Source: Octopus bimaculoides
Lineage: Eukaryota
Length of the DNA stretch: 64,000 nt
Assembly (NCBI RefSeq): GCF_001194135.2
Contig: NC_068985.1
Span: 122,029,396-122,093,395, forward strand
Direction: 5' to 3'
Under the pieces are notes generated by a model that saw nothing but the letters and a program-made list of their open reading frames with translations, made no database searches and was not told where the DNA came from. The translations under genes and the position numbers were made by a program. Of the stretch, positions 1 through 12,360 are shown one piece after another (the first letter of the stretch is position 1; every line of letters starts with the position of its first letter).

Positions 1-48
1 GCTGCATTTTTTGCTACCTGTGTATAATCTTTGTTTCAGAAAATAATA

Positions 49-117
49 ATGGTAGACCATCAGCTTTCTCAAGAAATGAAGAGGCATGCTGTTATTGTGG
101 TTATAAAGGCTGAGCGT
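49..117 (+). mobile_element. Possible 5' fragment of a Tc1/mariner-like transposase, cut off by a TA/CA microsatellite
   Basis: ATG at 49 reads MVDHQLSQEMKRHAVIVVIKAER, resembling the MKRHAxIVA-type N-terminus of invertebrate Tc1-like transposases. Only 23 codons are visible. Confidence 0.35.
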
Positions 118-538
118 ATACACATACATACATACATATAGATATATACATACATACACACATGTATATACATATATATATATATATATACATACACATA
201 CATGCATACATATATATTTATATACATATATACCGTTCATCATCGTTTAACGTCCGCCTTCCATGCTGGCATGGGTTGGACGATTTGACTGAGGACTGGA
301 GAACCAGATGGCTGCACCAGGTACCAATCTGATCTGGAAGAGTTTCTACAACTGGATGCCCTTCCTAACGCAAGCCACTCCGAGACTGTAGTGAGTGCCA
401 CTGGCACGAGGGCCAGTCAAGTGGTACTGGCAATGGCCATGCTCAAATGGTGTTTTTTACGTGCCACCTACACTGGCAACAACCTCGCTCGTATATTTTT
501 CATATACATATATGTATAGACATAAATATATCTTTACA

Positions 539-624
<86 letters not shown>

Positions 625-940
625 TATACATACATATACATTGTTGCATATATATATATATATATATATACACATACATATATACATATCCGTATATATA
701 CACTCATCTATATATACATATACATATGCACTCATCTATATATATATATACATATAAATATACATATATATATGCATATATATTCATATATACACACACA
801 TATATATACACACATATATACGTATACATATATATATATATATACACATACATATATATGTATACATATATATACACATACATATATATATGTATACATA
901 TATACACATACATATATATGTATATATATATATATAAAAC
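118..940. repeat. Compound (TA)n/(CA)n/(TACA)n microsatellite field, interrupted by a SINE at 237-492
   Basis: Directly visible dinucleotide and tetranucleotide runs. Source of the spurious YI-repeat ORFs. Confidence 0.95.
237..492 (-). mobile_element. Family A retroposon (SINE-like, (GAT)n tail), minus orientation
   Basis: Reverse complement of the GAGTGGTTGGCGTTAGGAAGGGCATCCAGCTGTAGAAAC...GGACGTTAAACGATGATGAT element seen many times in this window. Confidence 0.85.
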
Positions 941-1164
941 AGTCTGTACAAACATTCCTCATATATTACTACTGAGTAATTTGCTATTTATTCTTTGCAT
1001 CAATCTCTTGTCAAAACTGCTGAAATTACAAGGCTTTTTGTTTTATATAAAAGTGTAATAAAATTTAGAGAAAGTCAGTATTTTCACTTAGACATATGAC
1101 ATTGTAAGGTCAGCTGAAGTTACTGACTATTGAACCACCTTTAGACTGATTTTAGTAATTTGTC

Positions 1165-1434
1165 ATTCCCTCGTGCCAGTAGCACGTAAAAAGAACTATC
1201 TGAACATGATCAATGCCAGGACTGCCTGACTGGCTCCTGTGCCAGTGGCATGTAAAAAGCACCCACTTCACTCTTGGAGTGATTGGCGTTAGGAAGGGCA
1301 TCCAGCTGTAGAAACTCTGCCAAAGCAGATTGGAGCCTGGTGTAGCCATCTGGTTTCACCAGTCCTCAGTCAAATCGTCCAACCCATGCTAGCATGGAAA
1401 GCGGACGTCAAACGACGACGATGATGATGATGAT
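1165..1434 (+). mobile_element. Family A retroposon copy
   Basis: Same core sequence, ending in GGAAAGCGGACGTCAAACGACGACGATGATGATGATGAT. Confidence 0.85.
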
Positions 1435-1461
1435 ATATATACATATAGATAGCTAGATAGA

Positions 1462-2116
1462 TACTATTCAAGAAGAGTGGTCCCGGTGCGCGCACTCGCA
1501 CTAGCTAGTCGTGACTAGTCGATCCTACAACGACTATCTAGAGCGAATGCACAAAACATGTAAGAGGTTTTTTTTTAAAGTAAATAATTTTTTTTAAAAC
1601 AAAGCAAATAAAACACAGTAAATAATTTTCTTTTGTTGAATCTTCCCCATCTTACTCTTAAAACGTCTTTTTTACGTTCTTCCAGGGAGTATTTTGGTGT
1701 CATATCTATTTCAGTAATCCCATTGTACAACTCCAACAATCAGAATATATAGTCCTCCCTGGTTTGATAAATTTTTTAATAAGTGGGAGAAGAGTTTCAT
1801 AAGAACGGTCAGGTACAAAGACTAAAACCTATTTTTATCCTCTCTATCCCAGCCTCCGTTGTATTTGCGCTTGCACATCATAGATTCATCTATTTCTACG
1901 ATGTGCCCAAGTCCACCAATTTGGTAGGGGTTACGCAAAAGATAATTACTTGTAATGCCCCTCATGTACTGATTATTTACTTTGTTTAGAAAAAACCCTC
2001 ATACATGTTTTGCGCATGACGCGCACTCGCACTAGATAGTCGTAGGATCAACTAGCCACGACTAGCTAGCGCGAATGTGCGACTGCGCGCACGGGGACCA
2101 CTCTTCTTGAATAGTA
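1462..2116 (-). mobile_element. Internally deleted Merlin (IS1016/IS1595-like) DNA transposon with long TIRs
   Basis: TACTATTCAAGAAGAGTGGTCCC at 1462 is the exact reverse complement of GGGACCACTCTTCTTGAATAGTA ending at 2116. Imperfect inverted similarity continues inward for over 100 bp. The interior encodes Merlin-type transposase motifs on the minus strand. Confidence 0.8.
1650..1950 (-). pseudogene. Merlin-type DDE transposase remnant
   Basis: Minus strand reads NPYQIGGLGHIVEIDESMMCKRKYN (VEIDES at 1882-1899). After a deletion and frameshift it reads LVFVPDRSYETLLPLIKKFIKPGRTIYSDCW (IYSDCW at 1733-1750), then HQNT.WKNVKK. These match the GGxGxxVEIDE, VPDRSxxTL and TIYSDxW blocks of Merlin/IS1595 transposases. 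Confidence 0.8.
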
Positions 2117-4239
2117 CTATGTGTATATATATATATATATATATATAATGTGTTTATGAGATATGCATACATACACACTGGTTGTGCTCCAGCATAGTGC
2201 AGTAAATAAGTCTTATTTCATGATAAATCTTTTCAGTTTCATGAGAAAGCTGAGAAAAGGTTATATACATGCAATATCTATCCAACTTCAATTGTACGGC
2301 TTTGATATTTAAAATAGCATATTCTGTGTCAAACACTGTATGTATGTGTCCGTCCGTCCCTTCATTCTCTTGTAATATTTCAGGTATGGAAGGAGTTGAA
2401 TATTTTTTGTTTCCCTACTTGCATCAGTTGTGTATATGAGTTACCTCCCCTCATACGCCCGTTTGTCTTGATTATTTGGGGTTCCTACAATCAAGTATTG
2501 TTTTTTATTATAATTTCATGCATTGTAAGTATCGACCTCAGTACCTGACTAGTACTTTATTATATGAACCCCAAAATAAATGAAAAGCAAAGTTGCATTT
2601 TTTCCGATGCTGTAAAGCTTCTTGCAAATACACACTCCTGCTACAATCATCTCCACTTCAAGTCTCAAGTGTGTACGTGGTCACTTGAAATGCTAGAAAT
2701 AACAGCCAAATTTCTCTCAATCACACATTACTGTTTTACAAAAATACGCGTTGGTTAACCTGGTCTGGGATCCCCACCACATAGGAAAAAGGCTGGATGG
2801 TCATGTTCGAATGTATGAACCAATGAAAAAGGCCCTACAGTCTAAATGAGGAATGGACAACTTTCGTCAACTGGGGGCCGCATCGTACCATTTCCAAGTG
2901 GAAGAGGGCCACATGATAAAACACATATGCATGAAATATTATTTGCCCATTTTACACTGAATTTTTTGCAGTTCTTAATTTTTATTTATCTTACTAGTGT
3001 AAATAAATTATAGTTTGAAATATTGATGTCAAAAAAAAAAAAAAGGAAAAGGAAAATTCATTGATATTTTATTAAAGAACAAATTTCATTCTCTGTATCA
3101 ATGAGATTTTTGCACATTGACATTCTTTACCATATTTTCAATATTAGGTAAAATTCGAGATGTCGCTACTCTTAGGTTATGCTGCAAATTAGTAACCTCG
3201 GAACTCGTCGAGGGCCACAGGTTGCCCATGCATGGTCTATGTTGTCATTCGACATGCTAGAAATAACAGCCGAATTCCCTCGAATTACACCTTACTGTCT
3301 TAGCTAGAAATCGCTTTGTTTTCATGGTCCTAAGTTCACTCCACAGGAAAAAGTTAGAATAGTAATGGCTTGAATGCTTTTGATCATGGCATTGCTAACT
3401 CAGAGATGACTTAGGTTTCATTAAATAATAACCTTCACATTGTGTGTGGTTGCTTGCTTGCTGTCTCTCAAAGCAAAATTCTTGTTATGAATCAAAAGTT
3501 GAATGGGACAATCTAAGTTCATAACTCAAAGAAATTTACATCTTTGAATTCTTTAGAAATACTCAGATTAGGAATTTATTTCTTTCCACTTTGTGTCTTT
3601 TAGGTGGCGCTTAAGGCTTTCATTCTCTTTGTCTGTCTGTCTGTCTGTCTCTCTCTTTCTCTCTCCCCTCTCTCTCTCTCTCTCCCCCTCCCTCTCCCTC
3701 CATATTGCTCCGTCTATGAGGTTTGAACCAAGTTTCCCTTTTTCCAAGTGAGGAACCACTACTTTCACAAGGTGTTGGTGATTCTTCTGACTGTTTGAAG
3801 TTTCTGCAATCAGAAGTTCCTTTCTTTGTATTTCTTTCTATTTAGCCTCAGTTGACTGGCTTAGTGCCTAACCTTCAATGAATGAAGTAGGGCCTTAGTT
3901 TTCTGTCAGAGCTTCTTTATCCTAGACCAGTGATTCGCAACCTATGATCCACAAAAGTAGTACTGGACGTCTGTGAAATAAATTCAAAATTTCATATATA
4001 TATANNNNNNNNNNTATATATACATATATATATATATATACATGCACACACACACACACACACATATAGTGTTGATTTCTATGCCTCTATCTCTAAGGAA
4101 CTGCTAGATAAAGCCCTCACCTTCGCAATCAAATTTATAGAAATTAGTACACAAGATAAGGACATGTACATGGGTGTGAGGGCACGCATTTGTATGTATG
4201 GACTGGTGCGCTTATGTGAATACTATGGACATTTTTACT

Positions 4240-4560
4240 CCCTTACCTTTACTCTCTATCCCCTGACTTAGCGGTCATTCTAATAGCTCCTTTGTCTTAA
4301 TAACGGTCAACCACACAGTAATTTCCCTTTGTTTAACAGTCATTTGCATAGCAATTTTCAATGGCCAGATAACTGAAGAGATGGCGGCGTGGGTTTCCGC
4401 CCCAACATCCGATACTCGGAGTTTTATCATGGCTACCAAATAATTGTCACATATTTTACAGATAAGTGACTATGACATAATATACAAAATGACTCATTAC
4501 ATAACCTAAACCTCCACACTGACTCATTTCACAAGCTCCACATAATAAAACAACGGCTAT
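4240..4560. promoter_or_regulatory. CpG-retaining cluster of cis-regulatory motifs (candidate promoter or enhancer)
   Basis: Octamer ATTTGCAT at 4342-4349, YY1-like GAGATGGCGGC at 4378-4388, two AP-1 TGACTCA sites at 4490 and 4520, and a minus-strand AG|GTAAGG donor at 4247/4246. Confidence 0.35.
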
Positions 4561-4653
4561 CTAGTCCAACGAAAATGCTTTTTCTTGTATTTGTTGCTCC
4601 ATTCTCCAAGTAAATATATATACACACACATACACAATCATATACACACACCC

Positions 4654-4684
<31 letters not shown>

Positions 4685-4715
4685 CACAATCATATACACA
4701 CACACACACATACAT

Positions 4716-4772
<57 letters not shown>

Positions 4773-5571
4773 NNNNNNNNNNNNNNNNNNNNNNNNNNNN
4801 NNNNNNNNNNNNNNNNNNNNNNNNNNNNNNNNNNNNNNNNNNNNNNNNNNNNNNNNNNNNNNNNNNNNNNNNNNNNNNNNNNNNNNNNNNNNNNNNNNNN
4901 NNNNNNNNNNNNNNNNNNNNNNNNNNNNNNNNNNNNNNNNNNNNNNNNNNNNNNNNNNNNNNNNNNNNNNNNNNNNNNNNNNNNNNNNNNNNNNNNNNNN
5001 NNNNNNNNNNNNNNNNNNNNNNNNNNNNNNNNNNNNNNNNNNNNNNNNNNNNNNNNNNNNNNNNNNNNNNNNNNNNNNNNNNNNNNNNNNNNNNNNNNNN
5101 NNNNNNNNNNNNNNNNNNNNNNNNNNNNNNNNNNNNNNNNNNNNNNNNNNNNNNNNNNNNNNNNNNNNNNNNNNNNNNNNNNNNNNNNNNNNNNNNNNNN
5201 NNNNNNNNNNNNNNNNNNNNNNNNNNNNNNNNNNNNNNNNNNNNNNNNNNNNNNNNNNNNNNNNNNNNNNNNNNNNNNNNNNNNNNNNNNNNNNNNNNNN
5301 NNNNNNNNNNNNNNNNNNNNNNNNNNNNNNNNNNNNNNNNNNNNNNNNNNNNNNNNNNNNNNNNNNNNNNNNNNNNNNNNNNNNNNNNNNNNNNNNNNNN
5401 NNNNNNNNNNNNNNNNNNNNNNNNNNNNNNNNNNNNNNNNNNNNNNNNNNNNNNNNNNNNNNNNNNNNNNNNNNNNNNNNNNNNNNNNNNNNNNNNNNNN
5501 NNNNNNNNNNNNNNNNNNNNNNNNNNNNNNNNNNNNNNNNNNNNNNNNNNNNNNNNNNNNNNNNNNNNNNN
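4773..5571. other. Assembly gap flanked by (TA)n; other gaps at 4005-4014, 18881-18998, 20651-21387, 33199-33208 and 47977-48093
   Basis: Runs of N. Confidence 1.
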
Positions 5572-5714
5572 NTATATATATATATATATATATATATATG
5601 TTTGTCCCCCCAACATCACTTGACAACTGATGGTGGTGTGTTTATGTCCCTGTAACTTAGCAGTTCGGCAACAGAGACCAATAGTGGAAGTACTAGGCTT
5701 ACAAGGAATAAGTC

Positions 5715-5866
5715 TGAGTGGTTGGCGTTAGGAAGGGCATCCAGCTGTAGAAACTCTGCCAAATTAGATTGGAGCCTGGTGTAGCCATCCGGTTGCACCA
5801 GTCCTCAGTCAAATCGTCCAACCCATGCTAGCATGGAAAGCGGACGTTAAACGATGATGATGATGA
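5715..5866 (+). mobile_element. Family A retroposon 3' part, little diverged
   Basis: GAGTGGTTGGCGTTAGGAAGGGCATCC...GGACGTTAAACGATGATGATGATGAT. It is preceded by a fragment of a second SINE family at about 5600-5715. Confidence 0.85.
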
Positions 5867-8154
5867 TATATTATATATTTGTATATACATTTTTATTCGG
5901 CTGTTTAAATGTTTTGCCCCCAAAATGCATTATACAATAAACTGCTAAAATTATAATGAAAAAGGAAAAGAAAAGAAAATTCAACTTATTCATTTTAGTC
6001 TTAAAAAGAATCTAAATTGTATAAACTTTTATAATTAAGTCAATATTTTATCTCAGTATTCCAGACTGTGGATATTTGTTTAGTGCTGACCCAGACTCTT
6101 ACTTTGTTACCACATATTTGTATTTAACTAACTTTCACCTTTATCTTTCATATTTCCAGAATTGATTAAAAAATTATCTTTAAACTGAAGAAAAAAAAAT
6201 GCTGGAAATTTATTGCAGCCAACTTATTCTACTTTACTTTTTTCCTTATAGTTATGTAAAATAAATAGATTTTGAAAATGTAGAAATAGAGCCTTGTGTC
6301 TTTACAAAAGAAACCATACTCAATTCTTTCATTTATAAAAACAGGTTCTCACTGAAGATATAAACTTCTGGGTTCTGGGATTGTTTTTTTTTTTTTTTTA
6401 CATAACTGCATTTGCTTTAGTTTTTAATCAATTATTTTATTCCAAAGTTTCACCGTCTACATTTGCTGTATAGTTTTAAAAATCTGGTCATTAGTATGAA
6501 GACTTTTATAAGAACATTTTTACTACTGGCTTGCCTTTGTTAGCATCTTTGAAATAAGCACATTAAAACAGTCTAGTTATCCACTGTCTAGATGCTTGCA
6601 TGAACTCACACACACGCTATCATTTATTTGTTCATTGAGCACACAGTCTCATTGTGTTCTCTCCTACTAGCTGATATACTGTTTTAGGACACTTGCTTAA
6701 GGATATATAAATATGTGTATGTGTGTATATTCTTCTCTACTTTTTATGATATGTAAAAGATATTAATGGTGGCTGAGTTTGTCTTTCATTTCTCTAGTGT
6801 CAATAAAATAAATACCAATCGTTTGACTGAAAGCATTTTAGTATAGTTTCATCTCCCTCACCAAAGTTGGCTTTGTCTGTCTTTCTCCAGGAGGAAACAG
6901 AATAATTAGTGACGATGTTCTGGAATCAGTTCATGTTCTTATATTCTTACACTCTAAATTTCTTATCACTGGAAGAAAAATCCTTAAGAAGTTGTGAAAC
7001 AGTAAAATATTAGAGTAATTTAATTTCTTTCCTTTTAGCTGGCAGTTCAAATCTTGATCAGATGCTTGGAACCAACTCCAAATGTGCTAGAGTTAAATCC
7101 GGTCAGGAACTGCATTGCATATTGTCATATAGTGTTTCTCATTAGAAAGATCTGCAAAGGAAAAAAGCAAATTGTTTTGTTTAATAAAATTAAACAGGTT
7201 TTAACTTTTCCAGTACCCTTTTTTATCTTCTCCCTGACTTGTCCAATACCCTATTTTATTTTCTCATTAACAAAGAGGGTACTTTTTTTTTTCTTTATGT
7301 GTGGTTGAGGGACCTGGTATTTGACAGTTTGGAAACCACTGACAGAGATTGGTTATGTAGTATGGTGTCTCATAAGTAATACTAGAGCTATGGGTGTATA
7401 GTTCTACGTAGAGGGGTTGAGAAAATAGATACTCGCTAGAGTTGATTCTTCTACCAATACATTTCCTTCAACTGTTGACCTTATGCCTTGTAAATTGTCA
7501 CTTTTTTATCCCCAGTATGATTTGAATCTTTGTTCTGCATTTATCTTAACTCCTACCTACATCATACTTCAACTCCTATCATGCTAATTTGAATAAGGCA
7601 TTAAATGAAACAAAAATTATTTTAGAGAGAGAATTTATCTATTTTAAAAAATCTTAGCTTTTTTGAAAATGGTCATATCAGTTTCATAAAATAATTTTTT
7701 TAAAAATTCTGTTAAAAGATGCTTTATCTTGTAGACCCCCAATTTCTTTTATAGTAACCTAAGGTTTGTCTGGAACTAATGAGGGGAAACGCTACTCTAT
7801 GGTTCACTTTTATCTGTATTAAATGGCAGAGTATAAGATATTGAAATAGCATCTCCTGTATTGTAAATTCATATCTGCATTTCATTGTCCCCATACAAGT
7901 GGAAGACAAGCAGAAGTTGTTAGAGCTTTGGACTGAATGTCTTGTAATATTTCTTATGGCTCTCAGTGCCCTGTGTTCAAATCCCTCCAAAGTCAACTTT
8001 ACCTTTCATTCTTTTAGAGTCCATAAAATAAAAGACTTGTTTAGGTTGGTGGATTGGCATAATTATGAGAGGGATAATTTGCAGTATCCCTTCTAGTTCA
8101 TGATATTCTGAGTTCAAATTCCACTTGCTATTACTACCACCTTTCTCATTGCAG

Positions 8155-8241
8155 AGAAAACAGGGTTTTCGAGATGCAGCTAATGATGATGGGCCTCCTT
8201 TATCAGGTGGATCAACTTCTTGGATGCATTATTATGCTTGA
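8155..8241 (+). CDS. Candidate terminal coding exon of an unidentified gene (RKQGFRDAANDDGPPLSGGSTSWMHYYA*)
   Basis: Good acceptor (ctttctcattgcag), an open phase-0 frame with A/T at 24 of 28 third positions, and a local GC rise. No homolog recognised; strand and frame are ambiguous. Confidence 0.25.
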   Translation, partial: RKQGFRDAANDDGPPLSGGSTSWMHYYA

Positions 8242-10699
8242 ATACAGACCCTGCACTAAAGTGGGATAAACACTTGGACAGAAAATTGTTTCTATGCATT
8301 AAATTAATTTTGCATTCTTCTGTTAACTTGACTTTTGATATTATGTACTTGATATACAGGAATTTTTAACTGAAATAGATTGGTGTACTGTTGCATGGTT
8401 GGGTCATTGGTGACTAAACCAGCACCCCCACTGGGCTTGCCTGCTGAGGAAGGTTTCTAGAAACCCAGTAGGAGTAAAAACAAGTCCTGTCAAAAAAGAT
8501 AGATGAATCTAGTGTGGGTTCAACTTTCTAGCAATAGCACAGGTCCTCAAAAATTCTGGGTTGGTATCTGGCATGCTGGAAGACCACTGAGAGTGAGACA
8601 CTCTTTAGCTTTCGTTAAAGCATATCTCTAGAACCTGATTCAAACCCAGGCTATGTCTGTTCTGATAATCAGCAGTGACTTTGTCAGCAAATCCTCTGCA
8701 ACGGTCAATAATCAATGGCAAGATGAGCTGCTATGGATCACACTACCCCAAAGTGACCAGGGACCACATGTGAACTGAGATTCCCACTGAAACTTCAAAC
8801 TTGAACTCTACACCTCAACAATGAATGACGACTATGGTGTCTGCACTATCCAACATGCTTGCTCTCCCAGTGGGGCATTTGTCCATCAGATATGGTCAGC
8901 GTTGACTTTAAGAGTAAAACTATGACAAGTATATATATTTTTTTTATTGTTTGCAGTGTCTGTGCTTATTAACTTGTTACAGCAACTTAGACAAATGCTC
9001 TGGTTGTTACTTTACTGATACTTTATATCCAGTCACAGTACTTGACAATATACTGTGGGATGTCCCAGATCAGATTGAACTTTGATAATTTGGGTTGCTG
9101 GTCAAACATTGATCAGCCTATGCCTGTTCTATAAATAGAAAAGAAGTAAGCTGATTGACAAGAACTACTCAATAACACCAACAACAAGCAATATTTAAAT
9201 ACCTAAAACCAGTTACACAATTATACAATGCTGACTAATCATTAACATAAGCAGAAGCTTATCTCATTAATTTAAAATTTATGACCAGCTATATTATTAC
9301 TCCTCCTCCTTAATCTGACTGTGGTGAGCACTATAATTTAGTTAGTAACATCTTGGTGAAGAAACAGTTTTTTAGGACCTGTTTGATTTCTGATTGAAGC
9401 AATATTTCAATTACTGTCAATGCATTTGTTTGTTAATCTTTTTATCAGGAGGGAAAACAATACCCATGATTCTTTCAAGACTGTTGTGAAAAAGTAAAAT
9501 ATGCTCAAACTGAAGACATATCCCAAATGCTTACAACAGAGTGGACTCTATAAAGCCACCCAAGGTGCCAGGTGTTTATGTTAAACTAGGTGATAGGTTA
9601 AGTCTATTACCTAAATGCCTGCAGCAGGATTTGAACATAGAGCAGAAAGAGCTGAAGCAAATAACACGTAGATGTTCTTACAGTTCTGCTTATTCATTGC
9701 CTTGTATGGGTATTTTTTATTGATCCTAAAAGGATAACAAGCAAAATTAACCTTGATGGAATTTGATTGCAAAGAGCAGAGAGTTGGAAACAAATACCAT
9801 GAGATATTCTATCCAACACTATAATAACATTGTTGAAATCAATATTGGTGATCACCAATTGATGGCAAAGAATCAATTCTATTTTACAAGTGTGTTGGGA
9901 TAAATATATTATTTTTTTTTTTGTAAATAGATCAGAAAATTACTATTAATGCTCTGAGTGACTTAATATTGCTTTTTTATGGTCATTTCCACCTCTATTG
10001 ATACTTGACTATATTGATCTTTCCTCCAGTTATTTAATGTTGATACATAGTTGTATGGATACAGAGTTTACTTTGTTATCAGGTGGTCTTGTGTTCTATT
10101 TCATTGAGTGACTCGTGTCTCTTTTACTATTGTCTTATAAGTAATCTGATAGACAAAACTGTTTGGAGCCCATTGTATGTATGTATACATATCCTCAACA
10201 TTTAACATCTACATTCCATGCTGGTATGGGTTGGATGGCTCCAAGGACTGCATGTTCCAATGTGTGATTTTGTCATGCTTTCTATGGATGGATGCTCTTC
10301 CTAACACCAACCACTTTATAGTATGTACCAGGCGCTTTTCTCATGCCACCAACAATTGTGAGGTCACTATGCAGCTTGCATGCCTACAGATCCCAAGGTG
10401 AGGAACTTTGTGCTAGTAGATGAGGGTTAAGGTATGAAAGAAGTGGGCAAGACAGAGCAAGTTCTTGTAGGGGATCTACATAGCTATTCACATTTAGGAG
10501 AGAGAAATGAATTAGTAGTAGCTGTAAAGAGATAATGATGTCTTCAGGTGGAACCTCAATGTACGAAGTGAGAGGTGATGTGTGTGTGTATATTTACATT
10601 CCTACTTCCTGGGATCGTTGTAATCGACTAGCCCCCTCCTCCAAAATTTCAGGCCTTGTGCCTATAGTAGAAAGGATTATTATTATTATTATTATTATT

Positions 10700-10925
10700 A
10701 TTAAGATGGCTAGCTATCAGAATCATTAGTATGCCAGACAAAATGCTGCTAAGCATTTTGGCTATCCTTATGTTCTGAGTTCAAATTCTGCTATGGTCAA
10801 CTTTGCCTTCCATCCTTTCAAAGTCGATGAAATAAGCACTAGTTGAGCACTGGAGTCAATGTAATCAACTGACTATTTTCCTCTTGCAAATTTCAGGCCT
10901 TCTGCCTATTTTAGAAACAATTATT
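10700..10925 (+). mobile_element. Family B SINE (CTGAGTTCAAATTC...GTCAACTTTGCCTTTCATCC...TTATTATT tail); related copies near 7900-8100, 27780-27940, 37990-38225, 38750-38975, 55500-55730 (-) and 60880-61030
   Basis: Recurrent B-box-like GAGTTCAAATTCC followed by a shared body and (ATT)n tail in many copies. Confidence 0.8.
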
Positions 10926-11529
10926 ATTTTTCTTTTTACTTCAACTAACCAAAACTAAGCCATCCTATAGTACCTGCCACATCATTATCATTTGATATCC
11001 ATGTTCCATACTGATGTGGATTGGATGGTTTGACAGGATTTGACGTGTCCAAGGACTGCATCATATTCTACAATTTACAGCATGTACCATGCACTTTTTC
11101 ATGCCACCAGCACTATTGAAGTTACCATGCAACTCCCAAGACTACAGAACCAGGGGGAGGGGTATTTATGTGAGACAAGGAGTTAAAGTATGAAGGAAGG
11201 AGAGGAAGGAGGGGCAAGCAGAGTCTTGTAGAGGAGCTACATAGTTACTTATCTTTAGGAGAGAATGAAAGTGATCAATAGAAACTGCAAGTCCTGGTGG
11301 CTTTTCAAGGTACAAGGTGAGTAGAAGTGTGTTGGCACAGTGGAATTAGGGAAGTGGGTACTTGCAAGAGTGTATGGAGGGACCAAGACATGAGAGGATG
11401 GAAGGCAGGCAACAACTTAATACTGAGAAGGATTGAAGGTTGGATACAGGGAGTGATGGATAATCTATGATGCAGGAGTTGGGGAAGGCAAAATGTAGAA
11501 AAAATTAAGGGAGGAGATAGAGGGGCAAA

Positions 11530-11900
11530 ATGCCATAGAAGGTGATATACATCTCCATCAATTTTAGTCTGTCACTCAATTCCTAATTGAAGCCATTTAC
11601 ATAAAAATTTCAGTCTTTCAGTATGTAATGTTCACCAACCCATAGAAGAAACATGTAACAATATGACCCTCTTCTTAAAAACAGCAACCTCTCAGGCCTT
11701 GCCAATTACTGCCCTTCTGCTATTCATTCAGCAGACCAAAGGTAATGTAGACAATTATAAAGTACCTCTTTTATTAGCTTGAATCTTTTCCTCTTTTGAA
11801 TGACCAGTACAGTTTCTAGAAATTCATATCTACAAAGTTGCTATGTCACTATTTGAAAGATGTCTTTTTCAAGATCTCTTCTTATGAAAGTAATATATGT
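11530..11900 (+). mobile_element. Degenerate CR1/L2/Jockey-group LINE reverse transcriptase fragment
   Basis: Decayed translations KNSNLSGLANYCPSAI, PKVM and LNDQYSF correspond to the RT N-terminal motifs NPSDPANYRPIAL, SKVME and SDHQYGF. Confidence 0.55.
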
Positions 11901-11949
11901 CCAGCATGAGACTTCTAGGAAGTATATGGATGAGACACCTGTAGCAGAA

Positions 11950-12360
11950 ATAAGAATAATGGGTGTGAGATTTTGTGTTAAACACATCTGCAAAGTCCAT
12001 TAATCTTCAGAAGGAAGAGTGGGATACACAACTCAACTTTGAGGTACATTAGAATTTATGAAGTGTAGATCAAAGAGAGTCCCATGAAACCAATGAGTAA
12101 TGGAGTAGTCCAAAATTCTGATCCAAGAAATTAGACAGATGAAGACTATACATGAGCAATGTAACTGAAGCCAGACATGAATCTAAGGGTTTGCTTATGC
12201 TGAAGATACAAGAACAGAGATCAGTAGATATGATTTACAGAAACTGTACTGGTCATCCAAATGAGAAATAGACAGGTGCTTGTTTCCATTACCTTTGGGC
12301 TGTTAGAGTGAAGCAGTAGGTTAGTAATTGGCAGGGCCAGAGGGATTTCTGTTTTTGAGA
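11950..12360 (-). mobile_element. Second degenerate LINE RT fragment, inverted relative to the first
   Basis: Minus strand gives NPSGPANY*P, KVMET, DDQYSF and NSNVPQS*VVYPTL (compare the NSGVPQGSVLSPTL RT motif). Confidence 0.6.

Noticed and set aside
395-1058. Overlapping [10 protein letters not shown] ORFs (also at 42569, 58804 and 58941)
   Set aside because: Translation of TA/CA microsatellites, which lack stop codons.
1152-1349. SINE-derived ORFs containing SFYSWMPFL (also 10177, 41761 and 53839)
   Set aside because: Recurrent translation of the family A retroposon, not host genes.
4529-5655. Long 300-365 aa ORFs (also 20553-21517, 18839-19120 and 47820-48204)
   Set aside because: Made mostly of X from assembly gaps.
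6890-6997. Plus-strand exon GGNRIISDDVLESVHVLIFLHSKFL
   Set aside because: The acceptor lies in what looks like a SINE tail, there is no good donor before the stop, and it cannot be joined to neighbours.
7090-8230. Minus-strand two-exon join giving KPCFLCNEK-DLSNEKHYMTIC, a Cx2Cx9Hx4C-like motif
   Set aside because: The upstream piece has two in-frame TAA just 5' and no usable polypyrimidine acceptor. The join is unsupported without RNA data.
8380-8900. GC-elevated 500-bp segment as a coding exon
   Set aside because: Stops in every frame examined and no recognisable motif; probably an old TE remnant or UTR.
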